NCBI GenBank assembly: GCA_963748215.1
Contig: CAVVHS010000009.1
Span: forward strand, 352,001-416,000
From: an uncultured Gammaproteobacteria bacterium
Lineage (GTDB): Bacteria > Pseudomonadota > Gammaproteobacteria > UBA9214
DNA: 64,000 bases
Reading direction: 5' to 3'
Positions 33,808-43,393 of the stretch are shown here, one piece after another. Numbering within the stretch: the stretch's first letter is position 1; every line of letters begins with the position of its first letter. The position numbers and the translations under genes are program-made. The notes below the pieces were generated by a model. It ran no database searches, was not told the origin of the DNA, and was given only the letters and a program-made list of their open reading frames with translations.

Positions 33808-34092
33808 TGGTGAGGAGTTCTGCATGCTGCTGCCTGAAACGTACGAAGTCAACGCGCAGAAACTGGCGGAGCGATTCCGCAGGAGTATCGAGTCGCAGAA
33901 GATTGACAATGCGGTGGCAGGAGAGGTGATCAGTGTAACCGCCAGCCTTGGTGTCAGTTCAATCACTTCCGGATCCGGCAGCTTGTCGGAACTGATCGAG
34001 CAGGCCGATATCGCGCTTTATCATTCCAAGAATACCGGGCGTAACCGCGTTACTGTCTGGAGTGAAATGACGTATGAGACCGAGCCGGCATC
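33808..34092 (+). pseudogene. Duplicated ~285-bp fragment of the first GGDEF domain
   Basis: Near-identical to 32128-32412. Confidence 0.9.
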
Positions 34093-34179
34093 GCTGTCTT
34101 CAGGTGGCTGTCAGGCTGGCCGATATTTTTCATGTGACTACCTATAACGGGCAGGCGTGACACAGGCAGGGCCACTAAA

Positions 34180-34647
34180 ATGACAGATTTCCCCGGTGAC
34201 AGCAAAGGTTCAGGTAATTTTTCTCTGGAAACCCTGGACACGGCACAAACTGACCGTGCCAGATCATCGTTCGTTATCGATCTGCGCCGATCTCCACGTA
34301 TTGAGACGCGCCTGCCGGCCAGACTCATATCGGAGCGCGGCACGGTTAAAGGTCTGGTCACCAATCTATCCCGCACTGGCTTGCGTTTTGAGGCTGGCAA
34401 GGCACTGGCAGATCTAATGATTGCGAATTCCGGCCGTGTGACCGAGGGCGCCGGGATTACTGTGGAGGTTTGCTTTGAGGTGCCGGCAACCGATGCGGGT
34501 TCTCAGGCTGTGATCGTGCTGGCACGGAACGTTTACGTCATTCAGAGCAGCAGTGAAAATTACCAGTGTGGTCTTGAGTTCAAGTTCTTCGCTGAAGGCG
34601 AGGATGTACTTGTGAACTACCTGCACGAAAGGGGGGTTGCCGGCTGA
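34180..34647 (+). CDS. PilZ domain protein
   Basis: RRSPR and NLSRTG motifs, CGLEF. Confidence 0.85.
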   Translation: MTDFPGDSKGSGNFSLETLDTAQTDRARSSFVIDLRRSPRIETRLPARLISERGTVKGLVTNLSRTGLRFEAGKALADLMIANSGRVTEGAGITVEVCFEVPATDAGSQAVIVLARNVYVIQSSSENYQCGLEFKFFAEGEDVLVNYLHERGVAG

Positions 34648-34745
34648 AGATTGTGCTATCTGCCGGTTCGGTCTCCGCAAGGCGGTGGCCCAATGAAGTG
34701 TGAAGCCGGAATGACTATCTGATCGTTGCAGTGGCTAATGTGCAA

Positions 34746-36065
34746 TTACTGGATAGTATTGACCTGTTGGGGCGGTTTGACCTCGCAAGCCCAGAGTAGT
34801 TTTCCGGTGCCGGCGAGGATTCTGTAGGCACTGAATATGAGATCATTCAGGCCGTTTATGTAGTTGATGCTTGCCTGGAATACCTCGTTCTCCTGGTCGA
34901 GTAAATCAAGCAGGGTGCGTTGGCCAATGTTGAACTGCTTGCGGAAGACCACTAATGCCTGTTTGCTCGCATCTTCGTAAACCTTGAAGTGTTCAAGCTG
35001 GGTTTTTGCTGTCTCGTAGGCGTTCCACGAGAGCTGGATCTCTTCAACGACCTGTCGATAGGTGCGTTCATGAAACTCCCGCGCCTGCCGGAGTTTAAAG
35101 ACGCTCTCCTTGCGTTTTGCAGTGTCGCTGCCGCCGGTGAGTTTGTACTGTCCCCGCACCATCACTTCCGCATCATTGTTGGAACCCCGTACACCATCAA
35201 GATTGTCGTTATTGGAACCCTTTATCTCGAGGTCTATCCTTGGGAAAAACAATGCGTTCGCTGCTGAATGCTGCTGTCGTGCAGCCTCGATACCGGCATC
35301 GGCGGACTTGAGCCTGGGGTGATTCTCCACGGCGATAGCAGTTGCCTCGTCGAGTGTCGCGGGTAACAGATGCGCCGGGGGTGCCGGTTCGGCCAGATTG
35401 GCCGGGTCATGACCGACGATATTCCTGAATGTGGCTCGTGCATCCCTCAAGCGGTTTTGCTCTGCCATGAGATTGGTCCGGGCCAGGGCAAGACGCCCCA
35501 GCGACTGCTGGACATCTGCCTTGCTGCTCACGCCGCGTTCGTCGCGCTTGACAATGCGGTCATAGGTTTCCTGATGGCTCTTCAGGTTTTCGGTTGCCAA
35601 CTGGACGAGTTTTTGTTCGCTGATAAAATTCAGGTAGGCCTCTACCGCCTTGAGACCGACAGCTTCAGCAGTCGCGAAGGTATCGTAGGCCTGTGAGTTC
35701 ACACGTGCGCGCTGTCGTCCGAATTCGCTCTTCGTTCCAAAACCATCAAACAGCAACTGCCTGATCCTGATTTCAGCCTCCTGCCGGTTTAAATTCCTGG
35801 AACCGTCGCCGGCAGTTCGTGTCGTTGGATTGTCACTGGTTTCCCGGCCGGCCCCGGCGCTGATGTCAACCTGTGGAAAGAAACCACCTCTGGCTTGTTC
35901 CATCTGTTGTTCGACAGAATCCCGTTCGCTGCCGGCTATCAGTATGTCCGGATTGGATTCGATGGTTTCCCTTACTGTGTCTGCAAGGGATACGGCGAAT
36001 GCATCGCCACCCAGCGTCAACCCGAGTAATTGAGGAATTATCCAGCGCCATATTCGCATGGTCAT
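34746..36065 (-). CDS. TolC-family type I secretion outer membrane protein (LapE/AggA-like)
   Basis: QLLFDGFGT, QFNIGQRTLLDLLDQENE. Confidence 0.9.
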   Translation of the reverse strand: MTMRIWRWIIPQLLGLTLGGDAFAVSLADTVRETIESNPDILIAGSERDSVEQQMEQARGGFFPQVDISAGAGRETSDNPTTRTAGDGSRNLNRQEAEIRIRQLLFDGFGTKSEFGRQRARVNSQAYDTFATAEAVGLKAVEAYLNFISEQKLVQLATENLKSHQETYDRIVKRDERGVSSKADVQQSLGRLALARTNLMAEQNRLRDARATFRNIVGHDPANLAEPAPPAHLLPATLDEATAIAVENHPRLKSADAGIEAARQQHSAANALFFPRIDLEIKGSNNDNLDGVRGSNNDAEVMVRGQYKLTGGSDTAKRKESVFKLRQAREFHERTYRQVVEEIQLSWNAYETAKTQLEHFKVYEDASKQALVVFRKQFNIGQRTLLDLLDQENEVFQASINYINGLNDLIFSAYRILAGTGKLLWACEVKPPQQVNTIQ

Positions 36066-36759
36066 GCAAAACTCATTCGTGTCTCATTAAGCAATACCCT
36101 GATCATGTCCCTGGCCTCCGTGCCATTTTTGAGAACAGTACCTATATATCCAATTGGATTCAATATGTTGCACTGGGAAGATTCAACTTTGTATTGCAGC
36201 GGGTAATTTGTGCTGGTTTTACGAAGACTTTGGAGGGCGTGTGGTGAATACCTGTCCATACAGCAATCTGTGTCTGGAAAAGTCAGCTGAAATACGGTGC
36301 CTGTAAACAGATACCGTGAATTGCACGCTATTTCTACTGTCACCATTTATGATCCCCTGCATATAACGGCCGTAACGATGGATAAGTAAAGTTGTGTATG
36401 TGGTATTTCCCGAAGGCCATAACCTCTTTTCAGGTCGGCAGCATTACAGAATGCTGTGCTGTGAGTGTGCTCAACAAATCGTTCCAGTCACCCGCTCACC
36501 AATGGGGCGTGATAGCGGAGAGCAGTGGGGCTTGATCGCCTCAACACCCAAAATCCGGACGCTGACGAGTAAGTGATGATGCAGAAATCACAGGTCGCTG
36601 TCAGGGCTGAAATATCCAGGAGCCGATGCAAGAAATGCGCCTAGCATTCTAGTCCTGTTCATCATGGAGTGAGGCATGATTCATGAAATAAGAATTCCAG
36701 CAGCGATGATGAATCGCCACGGAAGCACGCGGAATGTCACGAAAATAAACAATGCATCC

Positions 36760-37550
36760 TGTGTGTGGCGAATTGATGTTCAGGCGACAGCGTGTAGTTG
36801 GAAAAGTCCATGGCAATGAGATTTCCATCGGAATTGCTTGAGGGTGGCACGGCGGATCACGGTTTTGCCACGGATTTCTGACGTTGCATCACCGTCAAGC
36901 GACGTGTGGACGCGATGGGCGTTGTAATACTGTCTGAATGCTTCCAGTTTTCATTCCAAGTCACTGGCATTCCAGAAGAGCATTTGATCAAGGTGCTCAC
37001 GACGAATGGTCCCGATCAGCCGTTCGACGAAGAGATGCGATAGCGGTGTATACGGGACGGTCTTGATCTCATCGGCACCAAGAATCTTCATATTCGCATG
37101 CTATTGGTGATACAGAAATAGTGGATCGTTAACAGAGCTGAGATATTTTTGGGAACCTCTGGATGAGATAGCGGAGTTGAACATGCGACAAAGGGCGATA
37201 CCGTCGACATCACCGGCATGGATACTAAAGCCGATGATGCGCGGAGTGAACTGATACATAATCACGAGCACCCAACGGCTTTTCAAAAGAATGGATTCGC
37301 ACCGGAACAGGTCAATGCTCCAGAGGCTATCCTTGCCGTGCCCAGGGAAAGTCAGCCATGACGGTCCACCGCCATCGAAACCAGGCCGGTAGTGTGCAGC
37401 GAGGACACGTCTAATGACATCTCTATATGTTAATTCCAAAGGCTTTATTGATCTGCTGTGCGATCCGTGGGCAGCCAAACCGTGGGTTACGTTGCTTCAT
37501 TTTGACAATGGCCTGCATGAGTTCCTGTGATGGACCTTTGGGGCCGGGTT
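36760..37550 (-). mobile_element. Degenerate rve IS remnant, same family as 18639-19725
   Basis: DSLWSIDLFRCESILLKS, DPLFLYHQ; same terminal tgtgtggcgaattg. Confidence 0.85.
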
Positions 37551-37888
37551 TTGTTTACTGCCAGTATCTTCCTTCGTATCATTCGCGCCATGTAAACACA
37601 CCGATGCCATTCGAGAACTGCGCGGAATTCGAAGACACGGTCCTCAGGGTCGCGGATTTCGAACACCGGCTCGATGCGCTGCTTTACTGGCGGATCAGGG
37701 AACGCTTCGAGGCGCACCTCGGTGGAAAGGGGGCACGCTTCCTGATGCCGGTGCACGTGGACCTGTTACAGAAGGTTGGTGACTGAATTTAATGAGGCCG
37801 AATACGATGGTGGCTTGTTTACCAAAGCTGTCTCATAATCCCTCGCGAACCGCGTTGCTGCCCGAAAGGTGTGCATTGCCGCTCCCGA

Positions 37889-38042
37889 CATGGACCAGGC
37901 CAGTCTCTCGACCCGGGCTATGTGCGTAAAAATGGTCTATCCTTCTCCTGCCTCCCGCAGCGATGTACAGGAAGTCCGAGTGTCGCGAAGCACAGGGAGA
38001 AGGTGAGACCGCGTAGCGGTCGAGAGGCTGGCCTGGGCTATG
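37889..38042. repeat. Inverted-repeat-bounded 154-bp element
   Basis: catggaccaggccagtctctcgacc / ggtcgagaggctggcctgggctatg; one arm recurs at 62287. Confidence 0.7.
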
Positions 38043-38229
38043 CGCGAGAGCGACCACTTGTACGTCCCTGTACATCTCGAGGTACACTGCACGGCACGGT
38101 ACTTGATGTACGGGCAAGCCGGGCAACACAGCAAGCGCGTATAGTCGGGTACACTCTTTTGGGGAACGGGCAATTCGCTTCCTGGCATAGTTGCAGCTCG
38201 TTCATGTAGCACCGGCTGCACCAAGCCCA

Positions 38230-38323
38230 CTGCGCCCGCCGTGCTTTTCAGTTCCGGATTGCCCATGCCGGATAACGCCCGGTAAAGGCTTTCCCTGTTC
38301 AGGCCGGTCGCTTCTAGCAGCAT
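38230..38323 (-). pseudogene. Addiction-module antidote (HTH antitoxin) fragment
   Basis: ATGLNRESLYRALSGMGNPEL. Confidence 0.65.
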
Positions 38324-38433
38324 GTGCTCTGTTTCGTAAGGGCTTTTTGTAACGCGTGAGGTGAGGTTTCAACCGGGCCGGAGATTCGGGATAATCCCGT
38401 TCACATAAAACGAGCACGGGACACAGGAGCTGC

Positions 38434-39132
38434 ATGGAAAACGAAGATCGGAATACAGGCGCTAACAGGCGGCCGGGGGCCAGGACCTGGGTTCTGATGG
38501 CGCTGGTCGCTCTTATCACCGTTATCGCCGTCTTGGTGGTGCCGGTGGACGACAAGGATGCGCCGACATCCCTGCCTGAACTGCCGTCTGCCCCGGGCAC
38601 AGAGGAACTGCCGCAACAGCCTTTCGGCCCAGACGTATCCGGAACGCTCGAGTCATCGTCCGGCGCGCAACAGCCATCCGCCACGGGCACATCCAGGTCA
38701 CTTGATCTGCCGTTGCCGCCGGGTGGTGTTGCCACCGTCACTGGCGGGGGCGAGGGAGCGCGCACCTTCCTGTACAGATTGCAAGCCAGCGGCGCTGAGC
38801 CTGATCCGGAGGTGGTCTTTGCCGAGGCAGAACGCTTGCAGGGCAGGGGTGAGCTGGAAGACGCCTACCTGCTATACCGTTATGCGGCCCGTCATGGCCA
38901 CACGCAGGCGGCCATCAAGCTCGGCACGGAGGCAGATCCGGCCTATCACTCGGCAGCTGACAGTTACCTTCCGGAGCCGGTGCCCGGCCAGGCCCGCAAG
39001 TGGTACAGCATGGCCGCTGCCGCCGGCGACGTGGAAGCCGGTCAGCGTCTGGAGGACCTGCGTGTACGTCTGGAGCGTGATGCAGCCGCCGGGGATGAGC
39101 AGGCACAGCGACTGCTGCTACAGTGGCGATGA
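38434..39132 (+). CDS. Membrane-anchored Sel1-like repeat protein
   Basis: N-terminal TM, Pro-rich linker, YRYAARHGHTQAAIKLG / QARKWYSMAAAAGDVEA. Confidence 0.75.
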   Translation: MENEDRNTGANRRPGARTWVLMALVALITVIAVLVVPVDDKDAPTSLPELPSAPGTEELPQQPFGPDVSGTLESSSGAQQPSATGTSRSLDLPLPPGGVATVTGGGEGARTFLYRLQASGAEPDPEVVFAEAERLQGRGELEDAYLLYRYAARHGHTQAAIKLGTEADPAYHSAADSYLPEPVPGQARKWYSMAAAAGDVEAGQRLEDLRVRLERDAAAGDEQAQRLLLQWR

Positions 39133-39152
39133 TCAGCCGGGAGAGGGTGACG

Positions 39153-41096
39153 ATGAGGAACACATTGCTTGTGCTGGTGATGGCCATGCTGGCCTGCCAG
39201 GCAGTGACCGCCATGGGGGCGGGGAGCGCTGACAGGCCGCTGCTGATGACGGGCAAACACAGTCTGTACCAGCGCGTACTGTCCGTGCCCGGTGCCCGGC
39301 TCGCCGACAGGCCAGGCGGCACGGCGGACAAGCCGGTCGTGCCCTTCACCGCCTTCTATGTCTATGCCCGCGAGCAGCAGGGCGGCAGGGAATGGATCGA
39401 GGTCGGCACGAACCGCTACGGCAGCCGCGCGGGATGGCTGCGCGGTTCAGAATCCATCGAATGGAACCATGGGCTTACGGCCGCATTCGAGGACCCGGCC
39501 GGACACGACCGGGTGCTGCTGTTCAGGGATAGCGATTCCCTGCGCCGGATTGCCGAGCAGAACGACCTGAATACCTACCAGCGGCTGTACGACGAGGCGG
39601 TAAAGGGACAACTTTCCGATGATTCGCCCGTGGTCGCCATCCAGCCGGCTGGCCACCTCGATATCCGGGAGGATTTCTACCTCGTGCCGATTCAACGCTA
39701 CGAGGACGTCTATCTTGGCAGCGTGAAGGCACGCCTGCTGCAGGTCTCCAGCGTGCCACTGGCCGCCGAGGACGCCGGCGCCGTCAGGCGGGGCTACACG
39801 GCGGGCCTGGTGTTTGTCATCGACTCCACCCTGTCGATGCAGCCCTACCTCGAGCGTACCCGCAAGGCGGTGACCACCATCTTCGATACCCTGGCTAAGG
39901 CCGACCTGCTCGGTCAAATGAACTTCGGCCTGGTGGCCTACCGCGACAACGTCGCCGCTGCTCCCGGGCTGGACTACCTGGTGCGAACCTATGTCGACCT
40001 CGACGAGGGACGCGATGCCGACGGTTTTCTCTCCCGCCTGAAAACGCTGCGCGATGCCAGCGTGTCGAGCCGGGATTTCACCGAGGATGCCTATGCCGGA
40101 GTGAAGCAGGCGATCGAGGGGATCGACTGGGCGGGTCACGATGCCCGCTATATCGTGCTGGTGACCGATGCCGGAGCGCGAGATGCCGATGACCCGCTGT
40201 CCAGTACGGCCCTGGACGCCGAACACCTGCGGCAACTGGCACAGGAGAAGGGGATTGCCATTTTCGTGCTGCACCTGCTGACAGGCGCCACCATGGCGGA
40301 TCACGCGGCGGATGCCGCGCAATATCGACGGCTGGCGGACTTCCCGGGTGTCGGCAGCCTGTACTACGGCGTACCCACCGGCGATGTCAACGAATTCGGC
40401 CGGGTGCTGGATGCGCTGGCAGGCCAGATCACCGGGCAGGTACGGATAGCCGCCACGAACCGGCCGGCGCCGGTTCCGGCACCGGCCAGCGACAATGCGC
40501 AACTCGCCGAGCTGCAGGAGCGGGTGGTAAAGCTGGGCTATGCGCTGCGCATGCGCTACCTGCGCAAGACCACCGATGGCAAGCTGCCCACCATGTTCGA
40601 TGCCTGGCTGCTGGACCGTGACTTCCGCAATCCGCAACGCAACTCCCTGGACGTGCGGGTGCTGCTCAGCCGTGACCAGCTCTCGGACCTGAGTGATGTG
40701 CTTATGCGGGTGCTCGAGGCGGCGGAAGAGGGCCTGCTGTCACCGCAGAACTTCCTCAGCGAACTGCAGAGCCTCGCTGCGACCGCCACGCGCGATCCCG
40801 AGCGCCTGGGTGCGACGACGGCTACCACGGCGGGCGCGGGTGGCAGCCTGGCGGACCTGGGTTTCATGCGCGAGTACATCGAGGACCTCCCCTATACCGG
40901 TGAGGTGATGGGCATGTCGCTGGCTGACTGGCAAAGCTGGTCGACGCAAGAGCAGATCGCCTTCCTCAATCGCCTGGAGGACAAGGTCAGCTATTACCGC
41001 GCCCTGCACGATCATACCGATCTCTGGATCAGTCTGGATGGTGGGCCGGTCAGCGGTGACTCGGTCTACCCGATCAAACTGGAACAGTTGCCCTGA
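39153..41096 (+). CDS. Exported vWA domain protein (resembles the periplasmic part of vWA-type PpkA)
   Basis: Signal peptide, LYQRVLSVPGA, VFVIDSTLSM MIDAS motif, LVTDAG; alternative start 39129. Confidence 0.8.
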   Translation: MRNTLLVLVMAMLACQAVTAMGAGSADRPLLMTGKHSLYQRVLSVPGARLADRPGGTADKPVVPFTAFYVYAREQQGGREWIEVGTNRYGSRAGWLRGSESIEWNHGLTAAFEDPAGHDRVLLFRDSDSLRRIAEQNDLNTYQRLYDEAVKGQLSDDSPVVAIQPAGHLDIREDFYLVPIQRYEDVYLGSVKARLLQVSSVPLAAEDAGAVRRGYTAGLVFVIDSTLSMQPYLERTRKAVTTIFDTLAKADLLGQMNFGLVAYRDNVAAAPGLDYLVRTYVDLDEGRDADGFLSRLKTLRDASVSSRDFTEDAYAGVKQAIEGIDWAGHDARYIVLVTDAGARDADDPLSSTALDAEHLRQLAQEKGIAIFVLHLLTGATMADHAADAAQYRRLADFPGVGSLYYGVPTGDVNEFGRVLDALAGQITGQVRIAATNRPAPVPAPASDNAQLAELQERVVKLGYALRMRYLRKTTDGKLPTMFDAWLLDRDFRNPQRNSLDVRVLLSRDQLSDLSDVLMRVLEAAEEGLLSPQNFLSELQSLAATATRDPERLGATTATTAGAGGSLADLGFMREYIEDLPYTGEVMGMSLADWQSWSTQEQIAFLNRLEDKVSYYRALHDHTDLWISLDGGPVSGDSVYPIKLEQLP

Positions 41097-41881
41097 TGCC
41101 GTGGCCCCTGCAGGCTGTGAAGAGGGTGCATGAGGCGGTGAGCGAACCCCAGCGCAGCACCATCTACCTGTTGCACGATGTGGTTAAGGACCGCACGTCC
41201 CGGGGAGTGGGATTCCGCCTCCGGGTGCCGCGTCTGCGGATCAACCAGGGCGAGCAGATCGCCCTGATCGGTGAGTCGGGCAGCGGCAAGTCGACCCTGC
41301 TGGACATGCTGGCCTTCGTTCTGCAGCCATCCTCGGCGGGCGCCTTTCGTTTCCGTCCGGGAGAGGACGGGAATCCCGTCGATGTGGTCGATTGCTGGCA
41401 GCGTGCCAGGCAGGACAAGCTGGGTGACCTGCGCAAGCGTCATATCGGATACGTGATGCAGACCGGTGGCCTGCTGCCCTTCCTGTCGGTACGCGACAAT
41501 ATCAGCCTCAGTCGCAATGTGCTTGGCATGAAACGTGACGGGACGGTGGAACACCTCGCCGAGATGCTGGGCATCGCCAGCCAGTTGAAGAAACTGCCGG
41601 CTGATCTGTCCACGGGCGAGCGCCAGCGCGTGGCCATCGGCCGCGCGCTGGCGCACCGGCCCGACATCGTGATCGCCGACGAGCCAACCGCCTCGCTGGA
41701 TCCGTTTGCCGCGGAAAAGGCCATGTCACTGTTTCTCTCGGTGGCACAGGAGTTCAATTCGACGGTGATCCTCGCCAGCCATGCCTGGCGCAACGTCAAG
41801 GAGCTCGGGCTGCGGCGGCTGTCCCACCGCACCACACATTCAAAGGACAGCAAGCTGACAGAAACGGTGGTCAGCGGCTAG
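41096..41881 (+). CDS. ABC transporter ATP-binding protein (TagT/LolD-like)
   Basis: GESGSGKST, LSTGERQR, IADEPT. Confidence 0.9.
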   Translation: MPWPLQAVKRVHEAVSEPQRSTIYLLHDVVKDRTSRGVGFRLRVPRLRINQGEQIALIGESGSGKSTLLDMLAFVLQPSSAGAFRFRPGEDGNPVDVVDCWQRARQDKLGDLRKRHIGYVMQTGGLLPFLSVRDNISLSRNVLGMKRDGTVEHLAEMLGIASQLKKLPADLSTGERQRVAIGRALAHRPDIVIADEPTASLDPFAAEKAMSLFLSVAQEFNSTVILASHAWRNVKELGLRRLSHRTTHSKDSKLTETVVSG

Positions 41882-42018
41882 GAGCCTGTCTGAGTGATGC
41901 AGATACATGGACAGGCTGAACCACAGATGAAGACACAAGACTCAAACCGTTCTGTAAACCTGTCCTCGTTCCGGGCGTGCATCATGCAACAGTCCCTCCC
42001 GGCCATCCGCGCTGTGTC

Positions 42019-43230
42019 ATGATCAAAAACAAGTTCAGGATCCTGCGACTGGCGAGCCGGGACTACCTCCACGAGTGGCAGATGTCGGTGTGTTTTGTGC
42101 TCGGGCTGGCGGCGGTGCTTGGCCCCATGCTGGTACTCTTCGGTCTCAAGTTCGGCATCGTCGGTGCGATGATGGACAACCTGATCGAAGACCCGGTCAA
42201 CCGCGAAATCCGCCCCGTGGGGAGCGGGCGTTTCGAGCAGAAATGGCTGGATAATGTACGCGGCAAGCCCGAGGTCGTATTCCTGGCGCCGCGTACACGC
42301 AGCATCGCGGCGACCATCGAACTCTCCAGTCAGCAGGTATCCCGCATCGTGCCGGTGGAGCTGATCGCCTCCGGCAGCGGTGACCCGCTGCTTGCATCGG
42401 GTGCTCCGTTGCCGGAGGGATTCGACCGGGTGGTGCTCTCGCGCAACAGCGCTGACAAGCTGGCCGTCAGTGCGGGTGACGTGCTGGATGGCAGTCTTGC
42501 CCGGCGCTTCCAGGGTCAGCTGGAACGCGTACACCTGCCCCTGACAGTCGCGGCCATTGCCCCGGAGGGAGCGTTTGCGCGCGATGGTGCCTTTGTCTCG
42601 GTAAAGTTGCTGGAGGCACTGGAGGATTTTCGCGACGGACGGGCGGTACCCGAACTCGACTGGGGCGGCCTGCCCGCTGACGTCCAGCGCAGTTATCCGG
42701 GCTTCCGGCTCTATGCGCGTTCCATTCATGACGTGGTGGGCTTGCGCGATGGATTCGCCGCCATTGGCGTCGAGGTGCATACACGGGCGGCAGAAATCGA
42801 AACGGTGCAGCGCATGAACCGCAACCTGACCGCCATCTACTGGGCCATTGCGGCGATCGGCCTGGTGGGATTCTCGCTGTCACTGGGTGCCAGTCTCTGG
42901 GCCAATGTCGAACGCAAACGGAAGCAGCTGTCGATTCTGCGGCTGGTGGGATTCCGCACCCGGGACATTGTATGGTTTCCGATGGTGCAGTCGCTGTTCA
43001 CCGCCATGCTGGGCTGGGCGCTGGCTGTGGCTATCTACTACGCAACGGCAGTGGTTATCAATGGCATGATGTCTGATCAACTGGAGGCGGGCCAGCAGGT
43101 CTGCCGGATGTTGCATATTCACTATCTCATTGCCCTGGCACTGACCTGCAGTGCCGCAGTGATTGCGGCGGGCCTGGCGGGTACGCGCTCGGCGCGTATC
43201 GAACCCTCCGAAGGCCTGCGCGAAATCTAG
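42019..43230 (+). CDS. ABC transporter permease (FtsX/TagS-like)
   Basis: LAAVLGPMLVLFGLKFG, ANVERKRKQLSILRLVG, ARIEPSEGLREI. Confidence 0.88.
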   Translation: MIKNKFRILRLASRDYLHEWQMSVCFVLGLAAVLGPMLVLFGLKFGIVGAMMDNLIEDPVNREIRPVGSGRFEQKWLDNVRGKPEVVFLAPRTRSIAATIELSSQQVSRIVPVELIASGSGDPLLASGAPLPEGFDRVVLSRNSADKLAVSAGDVLDGSLARRFQGQLERVHLPLTVAAIAPEGAFARDGAFVSVKLLEALEDFRDGRAVPELDWGGLPADVQRSYPGFRLYARSIHDVVGLRDGFAAIGVEVHTRAAEIETVQRMNRNLTAIYWAIAAIGLVGFSLSLGASLWANVERKRKQLSILRLVGFRTRDIVWFPMVQSLFTAMLGWALAVAIYYATAVVINGMMSDQLEAGQQVCRMLHIHYLIALALTCSAAVIAAGLAGTRSARIEPSEGLREI

Positions 43231-43393
43231 CGATGCTGCGGCAGGAGTGCAGGAAAATGTGGTCTGTCTCCAATTTACCTTATTGCGGACGCGCAATAGA
43301 CCGAGACGGCTGAAGTCGCCAGGTGCTAGAATGACGTCACACTGCCCTTGACGGTTTTCGCAGCCCTTCGTATCCGAAGCCTGATCGATTCGC

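Noticed and set aside
33808-34092. Diversity-generating retroelement template/variable pair
   Set aside because: No reverse transcriptase in the window, and the differences are not restricted to adenines on inspection.
37560-37786. Possible methyltransferase C-terminal fragment
   Set aside because: Too short and the family is not confidently recognisable; truncated by the IS remnant.
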